Positions 33,087 to 44,282 are shown, counted from the first letter of the stretch. The stretch is 64,000 bases of DNA from Promethearchaeota archaeon (GCA_048940925.1 JBHLOC010000002.1:32001-96000), one strand, 5' to 3'. Notes: generated by a model not told the origin, from the sequence alone. Made by a program: numbers and translations.

Positions 33087-33100
33087 TAAAACTTAAATAT
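33087..33100 (+). promoter_or_regulatory. BRE/TATA promoter of the RNase P RNA
   Basis: TAAAACTTAAATAT centred about 25 nt upstream of the P1 5' end. Confidence 0.5.
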
Positions 33101-33121
33101 ATAATTTTCTTCTTAAATAAA

Positions 33122-33452
33122 GAGACGAGTGAGATATGGAGCTGACGGTGGGTTTAACCTGCTGAGGAACCTCGCCCCACACTCCAAGCAAGGTGTAGAA
33201 AACTACTATGATGAGAATCATATTTTAGCAACTGAAACGACACTGCCTTCTTACAGATATTAATGACCTGGAAATAAGCCAGAGAAATTGTAGGAGGGAA
33301 TGGTTGGAACGAGCTAAAACCTTGGTGCAAGGCCAAATGAAAGTTATGAGGCACTTGGAACGAACTTTAGGTAGGCCGCATAGTTGGATGCTCCAACTGG
33401 CACTTGGTGACGAGTGCAGTACAGAAGGGCGGGTATATATCTCAAGCGTCTC
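33122..33452 (+). ncRNA. rnpB: archaeal RNase P RNA
   Basis: GC-rich island. P1 GAGACG..TGAGATAT pairs with ATATCTCA..CGTCTC. CR-I GAGGAACC-U-CGCCC pairs with CR-V ACAGAAGGGCGGGUA, forming P4 with the bulged U. Internal ACTGAAACG and GGAACG elements are present. Confidence 0.93.
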
Positions 33453-33499
33453 AATTCTCTTTAAAAATAAGTTGAAGAATTAAATCTAAAATTGAGATT

Positions 33500-34534
33500 T
33501 TAATATTTTCTTTTAGAATTAGGATATCCACATAATGGACAGTGCCATCCTTTAGGCATATCGACTTGTTCTTCATTTCCACATTCCAAACAGGTCCATA
33601 TAGCTTTTTCGGTATCTCTTTCAGCTTGTTTTAAGGATATATCATACTTTAAAGGTTGTGACGTGCTTCTTCTGAAGTAAGCTTTCGATCGATTACATGA
33701 AGGGCAATGGAATTTATCTGGCAATTCATTCATTACAACTTCATATCCACATTCTAAACATTTCCATATAGCCTTATCAGCTTCTTTAGCAGATATTTCA
33801 TAGCGATCAGGTTTTAAAGATTTTCTTCTGAAATAAGCTTTCGAATGACTACATGATGGACAATTAAAGTTATCTGGTAATTCATTCATTATAACTTCAT
33901 ATCCGCATTCCATGCAAATCCAAATGGTTTTTTCAGCATTTGTTTCTTCGACTAAAGTTAAAATATATTTCTGAAAGTAAGGTTTAAAATGTTTGCATGA
34001 AGGACACTGAAAATTTTCTGGTAATTCATCTCTAGGGACTTCGTATCCACATTCTATACATTTCCACACATTAATTTCACTATGTTTAAGCAAAGCATCA
34101 TCCTTCGCTAGTTGTAAAAGCATTTGTAATCGATTAAAATGACTTCTTTCAATTTTCACTACGTCATTTATTTTTTTAGCAATTTCAGAATATCCCTCCT
34201 CTTTTGCGATTAAGGCAAAATTTGGATACATCTCGCGAAATTCAAAAGCTTCTTCTTTGATAGCAGATTTTAAGTTCTCGATTGTTGTGCCATATACAGT
34301 TGTACTTTGAATTTCAACCTTTAAATTATCAAAAAATTCATCTTTCTTTAATCTTTGGAGCAACAAATAATTCCACGTTGCGTGTTCTCTTTCTTGATCT
34401 GCTATCTCTTCAAAAAATTTTGAAAATAATATTAACCCTTCATTTCTTGCAGTTTTTGAATATAATTCATAACGATTTCGTGCTTGTGATTCATAAACAA
34501 AAGCCTGCATCAAATTATTGACTGTTTCTTTCAT
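33500..34534 (-). CDS. rubrerythrin with four tandem rubredoxin-like domains
   Basis: ESQARNRY, EREHA, MYP.FA..A.EEG, ERSH; four copies of WxCxECG...CPxC. Confidence 0.9.
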   Translation of the reverse strand: MKETVNNLMQAFVYESQARNRYELYSKTARNEGLILFSKFFEEIADQEREHATWNYLLLQRLKKDEFFDNLKVEIQSTTVYGTTIENLKSAIKEEAFEFREMYPNFALIAKEEGYSEIAKKINDVVKIERSHFNRLQMLLQLAKDDALLKHSEINVWKCIECGYEVPRDELPENFQCPSCKHFKPYFQKYILTLVEETNAEKTIWICMECGYEVIMNELPDNFNCPSCSHSKAYFRRKSLKPDRYEISAKEADKAIWKCLECGYEVVMNELPDKFHCPSCNRSKAYFRRSTSQPLKYDISLKQAERDTEKAIWTCLECGNEEQVDMPKGWHCPLCGYPNSKRKY

Positions 34535-34669
34535 TTCAATAGCCTTTTTTATCTAATATATTCAAATTATATTTTTATTAAAATAATTAACTAGTTTTTC
34601 ACTCTTTTCTAAAGCACGCAAAAATATAAAAAAAAAATTAAATTTTATTTTAAAAGAATTTCATTACGA

Positions 34670-35431
34670 TTATAATTTCTTCAGTAATGAACTGATTTCA
34701 GTTGGCATAAAAATTACAATCTTTTGAGACGGTTCATGAGAAATATCTTGAATTGTTTGGAGTGTTCTTAACTGGATTGCTGCTGAATTTGAAGCTAATA
34801 ATTCTGCAGCTTTAGCAATATTTTGTGCTGCTTCATATTCACCTTCTGAAGCGATAATTGTAGCGCGTTTTTCACGTTCTTTTTCAGCTTGTACTGCCAT
34901 TGCTCGTTTCATGTTTTCTGGTAATGAAATTTGTTGAATCTTAATTTGACTGATTTCTATTCCCCATTCTCTCGTTTCTTCATCAACTACTTTACGTATT
35001 CCTGTGGAAATTTTTTCTCTCTGAGTTAACACTTCGTCAAGTTCCATACCTCCGATGACATCTCTCAAAGCTCCTTGAGTGTAATTGAATACGGCCCTAA
35101 CATGATTTTCTATCTTTGTAGTTGCATATTCAGGATTAATCACCTTATAAAATACACTTGTATCTACAGTAACAGGAATGTTATCCTTAGTTATTATATC
35201 TTGCTTAGCTATGTCCAATGTTTTAATTCTTATATCAATACTTAACGACTTTTCAATGAGAGGTAATACATAAACAATACCGGGACCGATGGTTCTTTTG
35301 TATTTTCCAAATCGAAAAATTATAAGCCGATTATATTCTGTCGCAGTCTTAATTCCTGTTAAAATCCATATAATAACAAAAAATAGGATAATGCCAACAA
35401 CAACACCGATAATAGCAAATTCTGTTGAAAT
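34670..35431 (-). CDS. SPFH/stomatin (band 7) membrane protein, probable ATT start
   Basis: Frame continues upstream of the ORF-track start through IFRFGK and a TM helix to ATT 35431, preceded by GGAGG. QDIITKDN and AMAVQAEKEREKRA motifs. Confidence 0.88.
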   Translation of the reverse strand: MSTEFAIIGVVVGIILFFVIIWILTGIKTATEYNRLIIFRFGKYKRTIGPGIVYVLPLIEKSLSIDIRIKTLDIAKQDIITKDNIPVTVDTSVFYKVINPEYATTKIENHVRAVFNYTQGALRDVIGGMELDEVLTQREKISTGIRKVVDEETREWGIEISQIKIQQISLPENMKRAMAVQAEKEREKRATIIASEGEYEAAQNIAKAAELLASNSAAIQLRTLQTIQDISHEPSQKIVIFMPTEISSLLKKL

Positions 35432-35737
35432 TTTAATCCCTCCATAATTATTTTTTTATTTTTAAGCATAGAGATTTATTTTATTGTAAATTGGATTGAC
35501 ACTTTAATTAAATAAGAAGGGAAATATAAAAATCTTACTATAAATATTATAATTCTCTTTCTTCCAAAGAATTTCCTATTTCTTTAAAATTAATCTATTA
35601 AAATAATCAAAATATTTGTTATAACTACTGCCAACATCTTTTGAATTCTTAACAAAATTAGATTCGGTTTAATTTTGCTATTCTTATAAAAGGTTAAGAT
35701 TTTTAAACAACTTTCTGAGATATGAGGAAATAGAAAG

Positions 35738-35863
35738 TTAGTCTAATAGAGTAAAAGAACAGTTATCTTCTCCGCATCCTGGGCATTTAAACTCCTCATC
35801 TGGGAAATCATCTAAGTCAAATTCATGACCACATTTATCGCATTTAAATTTTAAAAATCCCAT
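35738..35863 (-). CDS. 41-aa rubredoxin-like/zinc-ribbon microprotein (absent from the ORF track)
   Basis: Read manually as MGFLKFKCDKCGHEFDLDDFPDEEFKCPGCGEDNCSFTLLD*. Confidence 0.8.
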   Translation of the reverse strand: MGFLKFKCDKCGHEFDLDDFPDEEFKCPGCGEDNCSFTLLD

Positions 35864-36073
35864 AAATCCCCATTGGCAGTAGTATTAAGCATCCTAATTA
35901 TTAAATTAAAATTATCGTAAATTTAAATTTTTAGGAATAGGGATGCCTAAAAGTATACTTATATATAGATTCATAATAATTTTTTAATATTTTGTTTAAC
36001 TGTATCAATCTACATTATTATAAATATTATGACTCAAGGAAATGATAATATTTTGTAATATATTATCTATATT

Positions 36074-36607
36074 TTAAGTAATAATCTTAAAGACTATTTT
36101 TTGATAAATCTCCTGAAAGTTTTGATGATTTAAATTAAAAATACTTACATTTGGAAGATCCAAAATGAAATTTTTCACTGGATGTTTTAATTTTAATCCT
36201 ATTGTAGCTAAAATGGTAACATCAGAAGAAAATATATTTCTAATAAAATTTTGAAATTTTTTAGAATACAGCTCCATTTTTCCAATCTCATCAATAACCA
36301 ATAAATTTATCTCATTAAATTCAATAAGTTCTAATTTTGATATCATTTCCTCAAGTTCTTCTACAAATACAGAATACTTTCCTACTTTATATTTGGTGTC
36401 ATAATTTCCAATACGTGCTAATTTTCTATACTCTTGAGAATAAATATCTTTTATATCAAAACCAATTCGGTTACCCTTTTTCCTTATTTCTGGTGTTAAA
36501 AATCCATGAATTGTATAATTCAACTTATTAAAATAATCCAACAATTTAGAGATCAGGGTACTTTTTCCACACCTAGGTGGACCGGTAATAAGTATTTTTG
36601 GTTTCAA
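36074..36607 (-). CDS. THEP1-type NTPase
   Basis: ITGPPRCGKST, GFLTPEIR, RIGF, VGKY, IDEIGKME. Confidence 0.9.
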   Translation of the reverse strand: MKPKILITGPPRCGKSTLISKLLDYFNKLNYTIHGFLTPEIRKKGNRIGFDIKDIYSQEYRKLARIGNYDTKYKVGKYSVFVEELEEMISKLELIEFNEINLLVIDEIGKMELYSKKFQNFIRNIFSSDVTILATIGLKLKHPVKNFILDLPNVSIFNLNHQNFQEIYQKIVFKIIT

Positions 36608-36714
36608 TTTTTACTTGCTTGAATTTTTTTGATTTACTTGTATCAATACTCAAACTATATATATTTTGCAATGAAATAAAATTTAATACTCATAATAAAT
36701 GATGTGAAGCGATT

Positions 36715-37554
36715 ATAAGGCGTTTTGATGGAGAATTTATTGGACTAGATCATACAAACCTTTATTATCAAGCTTGGATACCCGATAGTGAACCTAAAGC
36801 TATAATTATAATGCTACATGGGTTTGCGTCACATTCTGGACGATTAATTAATGTTGTAAATGCCCTTGTGCCTTTAAATTACGCAATTTTCGCTAATGAT
36901 CATCGGGGTCATGGAAAGTCTGGAGGTAAAACAAATTTTGCTAAGAATATGGATCAATATGTAGAAGATGAAAGGATTTTCTATGATATTGTTAAAGAAA
37001 AGTATGTTGACTTACCGATTTTTATGTTGGGTCACTCAATGGGGTCAGGAATTACATTTTATTTTGCAAAAAAATATGAAAATCTTTTAAAAGGAATTAT
37101 TATTTCTGGCTCTGGTACTAAATATGGAGGTGATGATATACCAGGAATAGTAAAAACATTAGCAAAAGTAATGTCTAAAGTTGCCCCAAAATTTTCTGCT
37201 AAAACTAGTTTGGATCCTAATTTACTTTCTCATGATACTGAAGTTGTAAAAAAATATAAAGAGGACCCTCTTGTGCATTATAAAAAAACAACTGTGGGAC
37301 AAGTAAATGCTATGTTTGAAAGTTTTAAAAAATTACCTAATATCGTAGGAGATATAAATTATCCAATCCTAATACAAAAAGGATTAGCAGATGCTACAGT
37401 TACTGGATATGATGAATTAAAGAATGCGTTAAAGACTGAAAATGTTACAATTCAAGAATATGATGGTTTATATCACGAAATTTATAATGAATCAGAAGAG
37501 GATCGAGAAAGAGTTTTAAAAGACCTTAGAGAATGGTTAGAAAATCATATTTAG
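36715..37554 (+). CDS. alpha/beta hydrolase (lysophospholipase/monoglyceride lipase family), probable ATA/ATT start
   Basis: DHRGHGKS, GHSMG, YHEIYNE. The family N-terminus (LYYQAWIP..EPKAIIIMLHG) lies upstream of the first ATG. Confidence 0.88.
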   Translation: MRRFDGEFIGLDHTNLYYQAWIPDSEPKAIIIMLHGFASHSGRLINVVNALVPLNYAIFANDHRGHGKSGGKTNFAKNMDQYVEDERIFYDIVKEKYVDLPIFMLGHSMGSGITFYFAKKYENLLKGIIISGSGTKYGGDDIPGIVKTLAKVMSKVAPKFSAKTSLDPNLLSHDTEVVKKYKEDPLVHYKKTTVGQVNAMFESFKKLPNIVGDINYPILIQKGLADATVTGYDELKNALKTENVTIQEYDGLYHEIYNESEEDRERVLKDLREWLENHI

Positions 37555-37599
37555 AAAATGAAAAAACAAATAGATATATAAAAATATTTTTTTTCAACC

Positions 37600-38733
37600 C
37601 TATTTATTCAATTCTTGAAACTTTAATAACAGATCTTTTTGTTTATCACTTATTTTCTGAGGAATTTCAATATTTACTATTACATATTGGTCCCCACGAC
37701 CTCTTCCCCGTAAATACGTGATTCCTCTATTTTTAATTCGAAATTCGGTTCCAGGCTGAGTTCCCGCTGGAATTGTTAGTTCTTTTTCAGTAATTTTCTC
37801 TTCTTTATGATCTAAAGTTGGTACTGTAATCTTCCCTCCTATGATTGCGGTGACCACATCTACATTAATAGGAGTGTAAAGATCATTCCCTCGGCGTATA
37901 AAATTCTCATTCTCTTTTATTCGAATACCTAAATAAAGATCACCTGGAATAGCATTGACAGAAGGTACATGTCCGGCACCTTGAACTTTTAAATGAACTC
38001 CATCTTCCACTCCGGGTGGTATTTCGACGTGAATTGTTTTTTGTTCGGAGACAACTTTTGAACCATTACAAACCTTACATTTCTTTTCAATTATTCTTCC
38101 AGAACCATTACATCTGTTACATCCTGTTTCACGGATGATAGTGCCAAATCCAGACTGTGACATTTTTCTTATTCGTCCTGTTCCTTGGCATTCTGGGCAT
38201 GTGATTATACTTGAAGGATCTTCTGCGCCTGTTCCCTCACAAGCATCACAAGGAGTGTATCGTTCTATAGTCACATCTTTTTTTACTCCAAACATAGCTT
38301 CTTTAAAACTAATTTCAATATGATCTTCAATATCTTGTCCTACTTCACGACGAGGTGCTGCTCTTCTTCTTGCTCTTGAGCCAAAGCCACCAAATCCAAA
38401 ATCATTGAAACCGCCAAAAGGACTAAAATCACCAAAAATCGACCGAAAAAGTTCATCTATTCCAGGAATACCTCCACTGAAAATATCACTCATATCAATG
38501 TGGACACCACTGTGTCCAAAACGATCATAATTACGTCTTTTGTTCTCATCGCTTAAAACTTCATAAGCTTCTTGGAGTTCGATAAATTTCTCCTTAGCTT
38601 GTGGATCTGTTTTATTCACATCTGGATGTAATTTTCGAGCTAATCTACGATATGCTAATTTAATATCGTTTAAAGTAGCATCCTTGTTTACTCCTAGAAC
38701 TTCGTAGTAATCTCTTTTTTTACTAGAACTCAT
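37600..38733 (-). CDS. dnaJ: chaperone DnaJ
   Basis: [13 protein letters not shown]-rich region, four CxxCxGxG-type motifs. Confidence 0.96.
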   Translation of the reverse strand: MSSSKKRDYYEVLGVNKDATLNDIKLAYRRLARKLHPDVNKTDPQAKEKFIELQEAYEVLSDENKRRNYDRFGHSGVHIDMSDIFSGGIPGIDELFRSIFGDFSPFGGFNDFGFGGFGSRARRRAAPRREVGQDIEDHIEISFKEAMFGVKKDVTIERYTPCDACEGTGAEDPSSIITCPECQGTGRIRKMSQSGFGTIIRETGCNRCNGSGRIIEKKCKVCNGSKVVSEQKTIHVEIPPGVEDGVHLKVQGAGHVPSVNAIPGDLYLGIRIKENENFIRRGNDLYTPINVDVVTAIIGGKITVPTLDHKEEKITEKELTIPAGTQPGTEFRIKNRGITYLRGRGRGDQYVIVNIEIPQKISDKQKDLLLKFQELNK

Positions 38734-38920
38734 GATTTATTAGATTCTTGTTATTATTGAATACGTTCTAAAATCAAGTAAATAAAATTGTTTTTGAAAT
38801 TTAATTTTTTAGGTATTTGGTAATTAAATAGTTAAATTCCCAAATTTTTAAATTTCGACAAATTAATAGGAATTCATCAAAAAACTTGGCAAATTTGCTT
38901 TCCACATTATAAGAAAGGAA

Positions 38921-39229
38921 AACTAAATCAAACCCACTATATTACAGTGGATTGAAAGACTATGCCTAAAGGATCATAAAGAATTTCTAGAGCAAACATG
39001 CACTTTTGAACGTTTAAATCTCTTGTCAAACATGAAATTTAACTTATTAATCGTAGATTTAGATAAAATTAACCTACGTCAAGATTTAATATACTTCAAA
39101 TCTGATTCTTATAATTTTTTCGAAGAATTAAATTTGAGAGTGGAAGAAATGGAAATATCACTTTTGCTTGGATGTTCTATTGACCCTTTAATTGCTAATA
39201 ATGAAAATATGGAACTAATGGATGTATAA
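38921..39229 (+). pseudogene. possible gene remnant or hypothetical ORF
   Basis: The 39023..39229 frame stays open about 100 nt upstream with no standard start and ends inside a direct repeat. Confidence 0.3.
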
Positions 39230-39267
39230 CAAAAAAAATGATTCTTAGGATGTATAACAAAAAAAAA
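39220..39267. repeat. 19-bp direct repeat GGATGTATAACAAAAAAAA x2 (28-nt period)
   Basis: Copies at 39220-39238 and 39248-39266. Confidence 0.9.
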
Positions 39268-39331
39268 GTTATGCTCATATGGGTCTTATCGAAAAATGAT
39301 ATCTTTTTAAATTAAGAGATCTATAAACAAT

Positions 39332-39706
39332 TTGATTATGAATAAAAGGGATCCGAAGCTAACAGCCCTTCTGTTTAATGAATGTATTAATAATCAAGAT
39401 ATCAAAAGGCTTACAAGTCTAATGTCAGATGACCATGTATTTATCGATCGTCATGGAGATTGTTATGGAGATATGGTTAAGGGGTGGATGGAGTTTTTTG
39501 ACAATTATTCTACCTATAAAAACATTTTTACCAGAATTGAATCACAAGATAACTTAGTAATTTTAATAGGTTATGCCAAATGGTCTAAAGACTCTTTAGA
39601 AGAAGATCATGCAATTTGGACAGCAACCATCGAGAATGATCTCGTCACTAAATGGCAGATTTATGAGGATACGGAAAAAAATAGGAAAAAACTCAATATA
39701 TTTTGA
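39332..39706 (+). CDS. SnoaL/NTF2-like protein
   Basis: FNECIN.QD...L..LMSDDHVFID; WQIYEDT. Confidence 0.8.
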   Translation: MIMNKRDPKLTALLFNECINNQDIKRLTSLMSDDHVFIDRHGDCYGDMVKGWMEFFDNYSTYKNIFTRIESQDNLVILIGYAKWSKDSLEEDHAIWTATIENDLVTKWQIYEDTEKNRKKLNIF

Positions 39707-39796
39707 ACTAGCTAATAATATTTAATCTTTTTATATTATTAACATGTAAATTTATATAAAAAAATAGATAATTAAAAAGGAAACATCAATTGGGAA

Positions 39797-41809
39797 TCAG
39801 TCCTCATCCCAATCCACATCTACGACCTTCTTTTTCTTGTCTTCTTCTTTTTCTTTTTCAGTTTTGTATGAAGCTCCTCCAGTACCCGCATCTGCGCCAC
39901 CCATCCCGCCAGGGGGTACACCACCCATCCCCCCAGGGGGAACTCCTCCCATCCCACCAGCTGCACGTTGGGCTTGTTCAGCAGCTTGTTGATATACTTG
40001 ATCTTGAGCTTGTGAAGCATATATTCTCTGCGAAAAACTATACATGGATTTCTGTAAATTTTCTATTCCCAATTTAATCCGATTGACATCATCAGTTTTA
40101 ATATCCTCTTCTAATGATGAAATTGCAGATTCAATTTGTTGTTTTTCATTATCTTGAATTTTATCTTTATTTTCATCTATTAATTTTCTTGTTTGATAAA
40201 TCATCGAATCAGCATTATTTTTTGCTTCAACCAATTCTCTCACTTTTTTATCTTCATCTTCAAATTGGGAAGCTGTTCTAATTTTTTCTTCAATCTCTTC
40301 AGGGGTTAATCCTTGGGCGCCTGTAACCGTAATCCCAGTTTCTTTCCCAGTCCCTAAATCTTTTGCGGTTACATGCACTATTCCATCAGCATCAATTGAG
40401 AATTTAACTTCTATTTGAGGAACACCTCGAGGCGCTGGAGGAATTCCAGTTAGATGAAACATACCTAAGGAAATGTTATCCTTCGCCATTGCTCTCTCTC
40501 CTTGAAGAACATTAATTGTAACAGCAGGCTGATTATCTGCTGCTGTACTAAACTTCTCAGCTTTTTCAGTTGGTATAGTGCTATTTCTTTCAATTAATTT
40601 AGTAAATACTCCTCCGAGCGTTTCAACTCCAAGTGAAAGAGGAGTAACATCTAATAATAGAAGATCTTCCACATCTCCTGCAATAATTCCTCCTTGAATC
40701 GCAGCTCCTATTGCAACACATTCCATTGGATCAACTCCATGTTCTGGTTCCTTTCCGAAAAACTTTCTAAATCGTTCTTGGACTGAGGGCATTCTAGTTG
40801 GACCCCCAACCAATATAACTTTGTGTACATCAATAGCGGATATTTTCGCATCAGAAACAGCTCTTTGCATTATTGGGTCTAGCCTTCTAAGAGTAGGTTC
40901 TATTAATTGCTCTAATTTTGCTCTTGTAAGTTCCATATTAATATGAACAGGATTACCTTCTTTTTGTGAGATGTAGGGTAAATCAATCGTAGTGGAAAGG
41001 GTTGTCGATAATTCAATTTTAGCTCTTTCTCCAGCATCTTTAATTCTGATCATTGCTTTACTGTCCCCTCTTAAATCAATCCCTTCTTTCTTTTTGAATT
41101 CTTCAGTTACCCAATCAATTATCGCGTTGTCCATATCAGTTCCACCCAACTGGGTATCTCCTGCTGTGGAAAGGACTTCAACTACATTTTCACCGTATTC
41201 AATAATTGTTATATCGAATGTTCCACCTCCGAGGTCTAGAACGCAGATTTTCAACAATTTATCTCTTGTATCTTTATCTAAACCATAAGCTAAGCATGCT
41301 GCAGTAGGCTCGTTAATCATTCGGACAACTTCAAGCCCTGCAATTTCACCCGCATTTTTAGTGGCGGTTCTTTGAGCATCATTGAAATAGGCAGGAACTG
41401 TTATAATAGCTTTTTTTACAGGTTTTCCGAGATATGCTGAGGCATCGTTTTTAATCTTAGTTAAAATCATGGCTGAAATCTCTTCGGGTGAGAATTCTTG
41501 TAATTTATCCCCTACTTTCAATTTTGCTTTATAGGAGGTACCCATCTTTCGTTTTATAGCAGTGATCGTACCATCAGGATTACTTACCGCTTGTCTTCGA
41601 GCAGGTTCACCTACTATCTTACGTCCATTCTCATCGAAAGCTACGTATGAAGGGAAGGCTTTTCCTCCGAGTGTTCTTCCCTCCGCAGCAGGTACTATTT
41701 CAGGTTTTCCTGTTGGTGTTAAAACGGCACATGCGCTATTGGAAGTACCAAGGTCGATCCCGACAATAGTCTCCTTTTTTGTTGGTTTTTTTGATTCTTC
41801 TTCACTCAT
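39797..41809 (-). CDS. dnaK: chaperone DnaK (Hsp70)
   Basis: [32 protein letters not shown]; GGMGGVPP repeats in the tail. Confidence 0.97.
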   Translation of the reverse strand: MSEEESKKPTKKETIVGIDLGTSNSACAVLTPTGKPEIVPAAEGRTLGGKAFPSYVAFDENGRKIVGEPARRQAVSNPDGTITAIKRKMGTSYKAKLKVGDKLQEFSPEEISAMILTKIKNDASAYLGKPVKKAIITVPAYFNDAQRTATKNAGEIAGLEVVRMINEPTAACLAYGLDKDTRDKLLKICVLDLGGGTFDITIIEYGENVVEVLSTAGDTQLGGTDMDNAIIDWVTEEFKKKEGIDLRGDSKAMIRIKDAGERAKIELSTTLSTTIDLPYISQKEGNPVHINMELTRAKLEQLIEPTLRRLDPIMQRAVSDAKISAIDVHKVILVGGPTRMPSVQERFRKFFGKEPEHGVDPMECVAIGAAIQGGIIAGDVEDLLLLDVTPLSLGVETLGGVFTKLIERNSTIPTEKAEKFSTAADNQPAVTINVLQGERAMAKDNISLGMFHLTGIPPAPRGVPQIEVKFSIDADGIVHVTAKDLGTGKETGITVTGAQGLTPEEIEEKIRTASQFEDEDKKVRELVEAKNNADSMIYQTRKLIDENKDKIQDNEKQQIESAISSLEEDIKTDDVNRIKLGIENLQKSMYSFSQRIYASQAQDQVYQQAAEQAQRAAGGMGGVPPGGMGGVPPGGMGGADAGTGGASYKTEKEKEEDKKKKVVDVDWDED

Positions 41810-42053
41810 AATTAAACCATCTTCTCTTCTAAGAATTTTGAGTATAAATTAACCTAATTTTCAAAGGTTTTCTACTATTTAATAATTTAATGATTATAGA
41901 ATTGTAAATTTACTATAAGTAAGTAATTAAACTAAATTTTTATTCTTTTTTATTTATAAAGATCCCTAAGTCATAAAATTAAAAAAAGTTTATCGCTTTT
42001 TAATCATATAAAAATAGTTCATTAATATACTTCATTAATTATAGGGAAACACT

Positions 42054-42905
42054 ATGAATGAAACTAATAACAGCGCTCCCAAAAAAAGTGAAAATAACGC
42101 AGCTAGCGTCAGTAAAGATAGTGAGAATAAAGTTTTAGAAGAAGACAAAAAGGCTCAAAATGTTGAAAGTGTAATAAAGCCAGATAAAACGAAGAAACTA
42201 GAGGAAAAAGAGCATTTTGAATTGGAATATTTTTCGAAAGAGGAGTTTATTGAGAAACTTCAAAACCTGGAGAAAACCTTAGAGGAAAAGGAAGACCAAT
42301 TAAAAAAAGTTAAAGAAGAAAAAGAAAAATCCCAGAAAAAATATATGCACCTCCAAGCAGAATTTGAAAACGCTCAGAAGCGATGGGATAAAAATAGACA
42401 AAGTTTAAGAATTGAATATACTGCTTCTGCGTTAAAAACATTCCTACCGCTCTATGATTCTTTTAAAAAAGCCCTTGATAGTGCAAATGACACAGAAAAA
42501 AAAATACTTAATAGTTTCTATACCCAATTTATGAACATATTCAAGTCGCATGGAGCTGAACCTATACATGTAGAGTTAAATGACCAATTTGATTATAATT
42601 TACATGAAGCCTTAACTTCCGTTGAAAAAGGAGATATCCCCGAAAATAGTATAGTTGAAATAGTTCAAGATGGATGGAAATATGGCAAAGAAGTTTTACG
42701 TTATGCAAAAGTAATAATCTCGAAAAAACCTAAACCTCCAGAACCTGAACCTGAGCTGGAAGAAGAAAAAATTGAAGAGGAAGAGGATAAAGAACCAATT
42801 TCTGAAGAAGCTACCACTGAACAAGTAAAGATTGAGGAAGATAATAGAAAAGAGAAAATAGTCAAGAAGCATAAGAAAGATAAAGAAGAAAAAAAATCTG
42901 AATAA
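42054..42905 (+). CDS. grpE: nucleotide exchange factor GrpE
   Basis: LQAEFEN, FDYNLHEA, VQDGW...VLRYAKV; divergent from dnaK. Confidence 0.92.
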   Translation: MNETNNSAPKKSENNAASVSKDSENKVLEEDKKAQNVESVIKPDKTKKLEEKEHFELEYFSKEEFIEKLQNLEKTLEEKEDQLKKVKEEKEKSQKKYMHLQAEFENAQKRWDKNRQSLRIEYTASALKTFLPLYDSFKKALDSANDTEKKILNSFYTQFMNIFKSHGAEPIHVELNDQFDYNLHEALTSVEKGDIPENSIVEIVQDGWKYGKEVLRYAKVIISKKPKPPEPEPELEEEKIEEEEDKEPISEEATTEQVKIEEDNRKEKIVKKHKKDKEEKKSE

Positions 42906-43026
42906 TCAATAATTTCAAATCTTTCTTTTTCTATGATTGTTAAATTTTGGATTTATTTATTTTAACCTAAAAAGTTAATAGGGGTTGTTTTTTTTATAAC
43001 TTAAAGAGTATAAAAGATGTAAAAAA

Positions 43027-43284
43027 ATGGCAGAGGAACCACAACTCCCTCCTATCCCTGCGATCGGAGATATTTTAGATCGAAAGAAGAGATTTGTTGA
43101 AAGAAAACATAGTGTTATAAAATGTGACGCATGTAAATCTGATTATTCAAGAACTTTCAAACCTGGAGATTTTGTATTCAAAAAAATCACCAATGAAGAA
43201 TGTAATAAATGTAAACGGAGCGACTCCTTAATAATTGTTGAGATTTACTCTGAATGGATCGATCCAAAGAAAGAGAAAGTCTAA
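43027..43284 (+). CDS. small zinc-ribbon protein
   Basis: CDAC...RTFKPGDFVFK...CNKC...IVEIY. Confidence 0.75.
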   Translation: MAEEPQLPPIPAIGDILDRKKRFVERKHSVIKCDACKSDYSRTFKPGDFVFKKITNEECNKCKRSDSLIIVEIYSEWIDPKKEKV

Positions 43285-44282
43285 GAATTATTATTGTTCA
43301 AAAACATTTTAAGAATTTCTCCCGCCAACGAATAAGGATCTAAAGATTTTTTAATAGCTTTATCAATATATTGCTCTATTTTTTCATCAGAATTTATCAA
43401 TTCTTCTACTTTTTTAGTTAATTTGTGTTTCAATATTTCAATTGTTTCACTTTTAATCCTATTTTTTATGTAGTTTGAAATAACTCCTGATTCTTCCAAA
43501 AAGTGTTTATGATTTTTTATGAGTTCAAGAAGTTTTTCAAAATTTTCTCCTGTTTTTGAATTTACTTTTGTGATTTCTGGTGTCCATTGAATTAATTTAG
43601 CAAACTTAACACTGAACTCCGTTGATTCGTATTTATAACTATTTCTAAATTCAAGCATTTGTTTGATTTCAGCTTCTTTCTTATCTGCACCAGGTAAATC
43701 CATTTTGTTCACAACAAAAATATCTGTTATTTCCATAATTCCCGCTTTGATTGCTTGAATGTCATCTCCTAAACCGGGAACCAATAATACAACCACTGTT
43801 TCAGCAGATTTGAAGATATCTACTTCAGATTGTCCAACGCCAACTGTCTCAATTATTATAATATCACATCCATAGGCATCAAGTATTTTTATTACATCCT
43901 CTGTAGCTCTAGCCAGCCCTCCTAGCTGACCTCTATTAGCCATACTTCTAATAAATACATTATCGAGTGAGAAATTTTGTTTCATTCGAATTCTATCTCC
44001 TAAAAGAGCTCCACCAGTTAAAGGAGAAGTAGGATCAACACAAATAATGCCAACTTTCTTATCCTGATCAACATACATTTTTGTTAATGTTGAGATAAAG
44101 GTAGATTTACCAGTACCAGGAGCCCCTGTAATACCTAATATGTATGCATTTCCAGTATGTTCATAAATGGAATTGATAATTTGTTCTGCTGCATCTATAT
44201 CATTTTCAACAAAAGTAATTAAGCGAGCTGCAGCTCTAGGGTTTCCTTCTAATAAACGAGAGATAAAATTAGAGTAGTCCAT
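43281..44282 (-). CDS. meaB: MeaB/ArgK GTPase chaperone of B12 mutases
   Basis: GITGAPGTGKST, DPTSP.TGGALLGDRIRM, ETVGVGQSE, NKMD. Confidence 0.93.
   Translation of the reverse strand: MDYSNFISRLLEGNPRAAARLITFVENDIDAAEQIINSIYEHTGNAYILGITGAPGTGKSTFISTLTKMYVDQDKKVGIICVDPTSPLTGGALLGDRIRMKQNFSLDNVFIRSMANRGQLGGLARATEDVIKILDAYGCDIIIIETVGVGQSEVDIFKSAETVVVLLVPGLGDDIQAIKAGIMEITDIFVVNKMDLPGADKKEAEIKQMLEFRNSYKYESTEFSVKFAKLIQWTPEITKVNSKTGENFEKLLELIKNHKHFLEESGVISNYIKNRIKSETIEILKHKLTKKVEELINSDEKIEQYIDKAIKKSLDPYSLAGEILKMFLNNNNS

Noticed and set aside
33154-33354. 66-aa minus-strand ORF
   Set aside because: It is antisense to the RNase P RNA.
39220-39267. CRISPR array
   Set aside because: Only two short copies 9 nt apart, and no cas genes.
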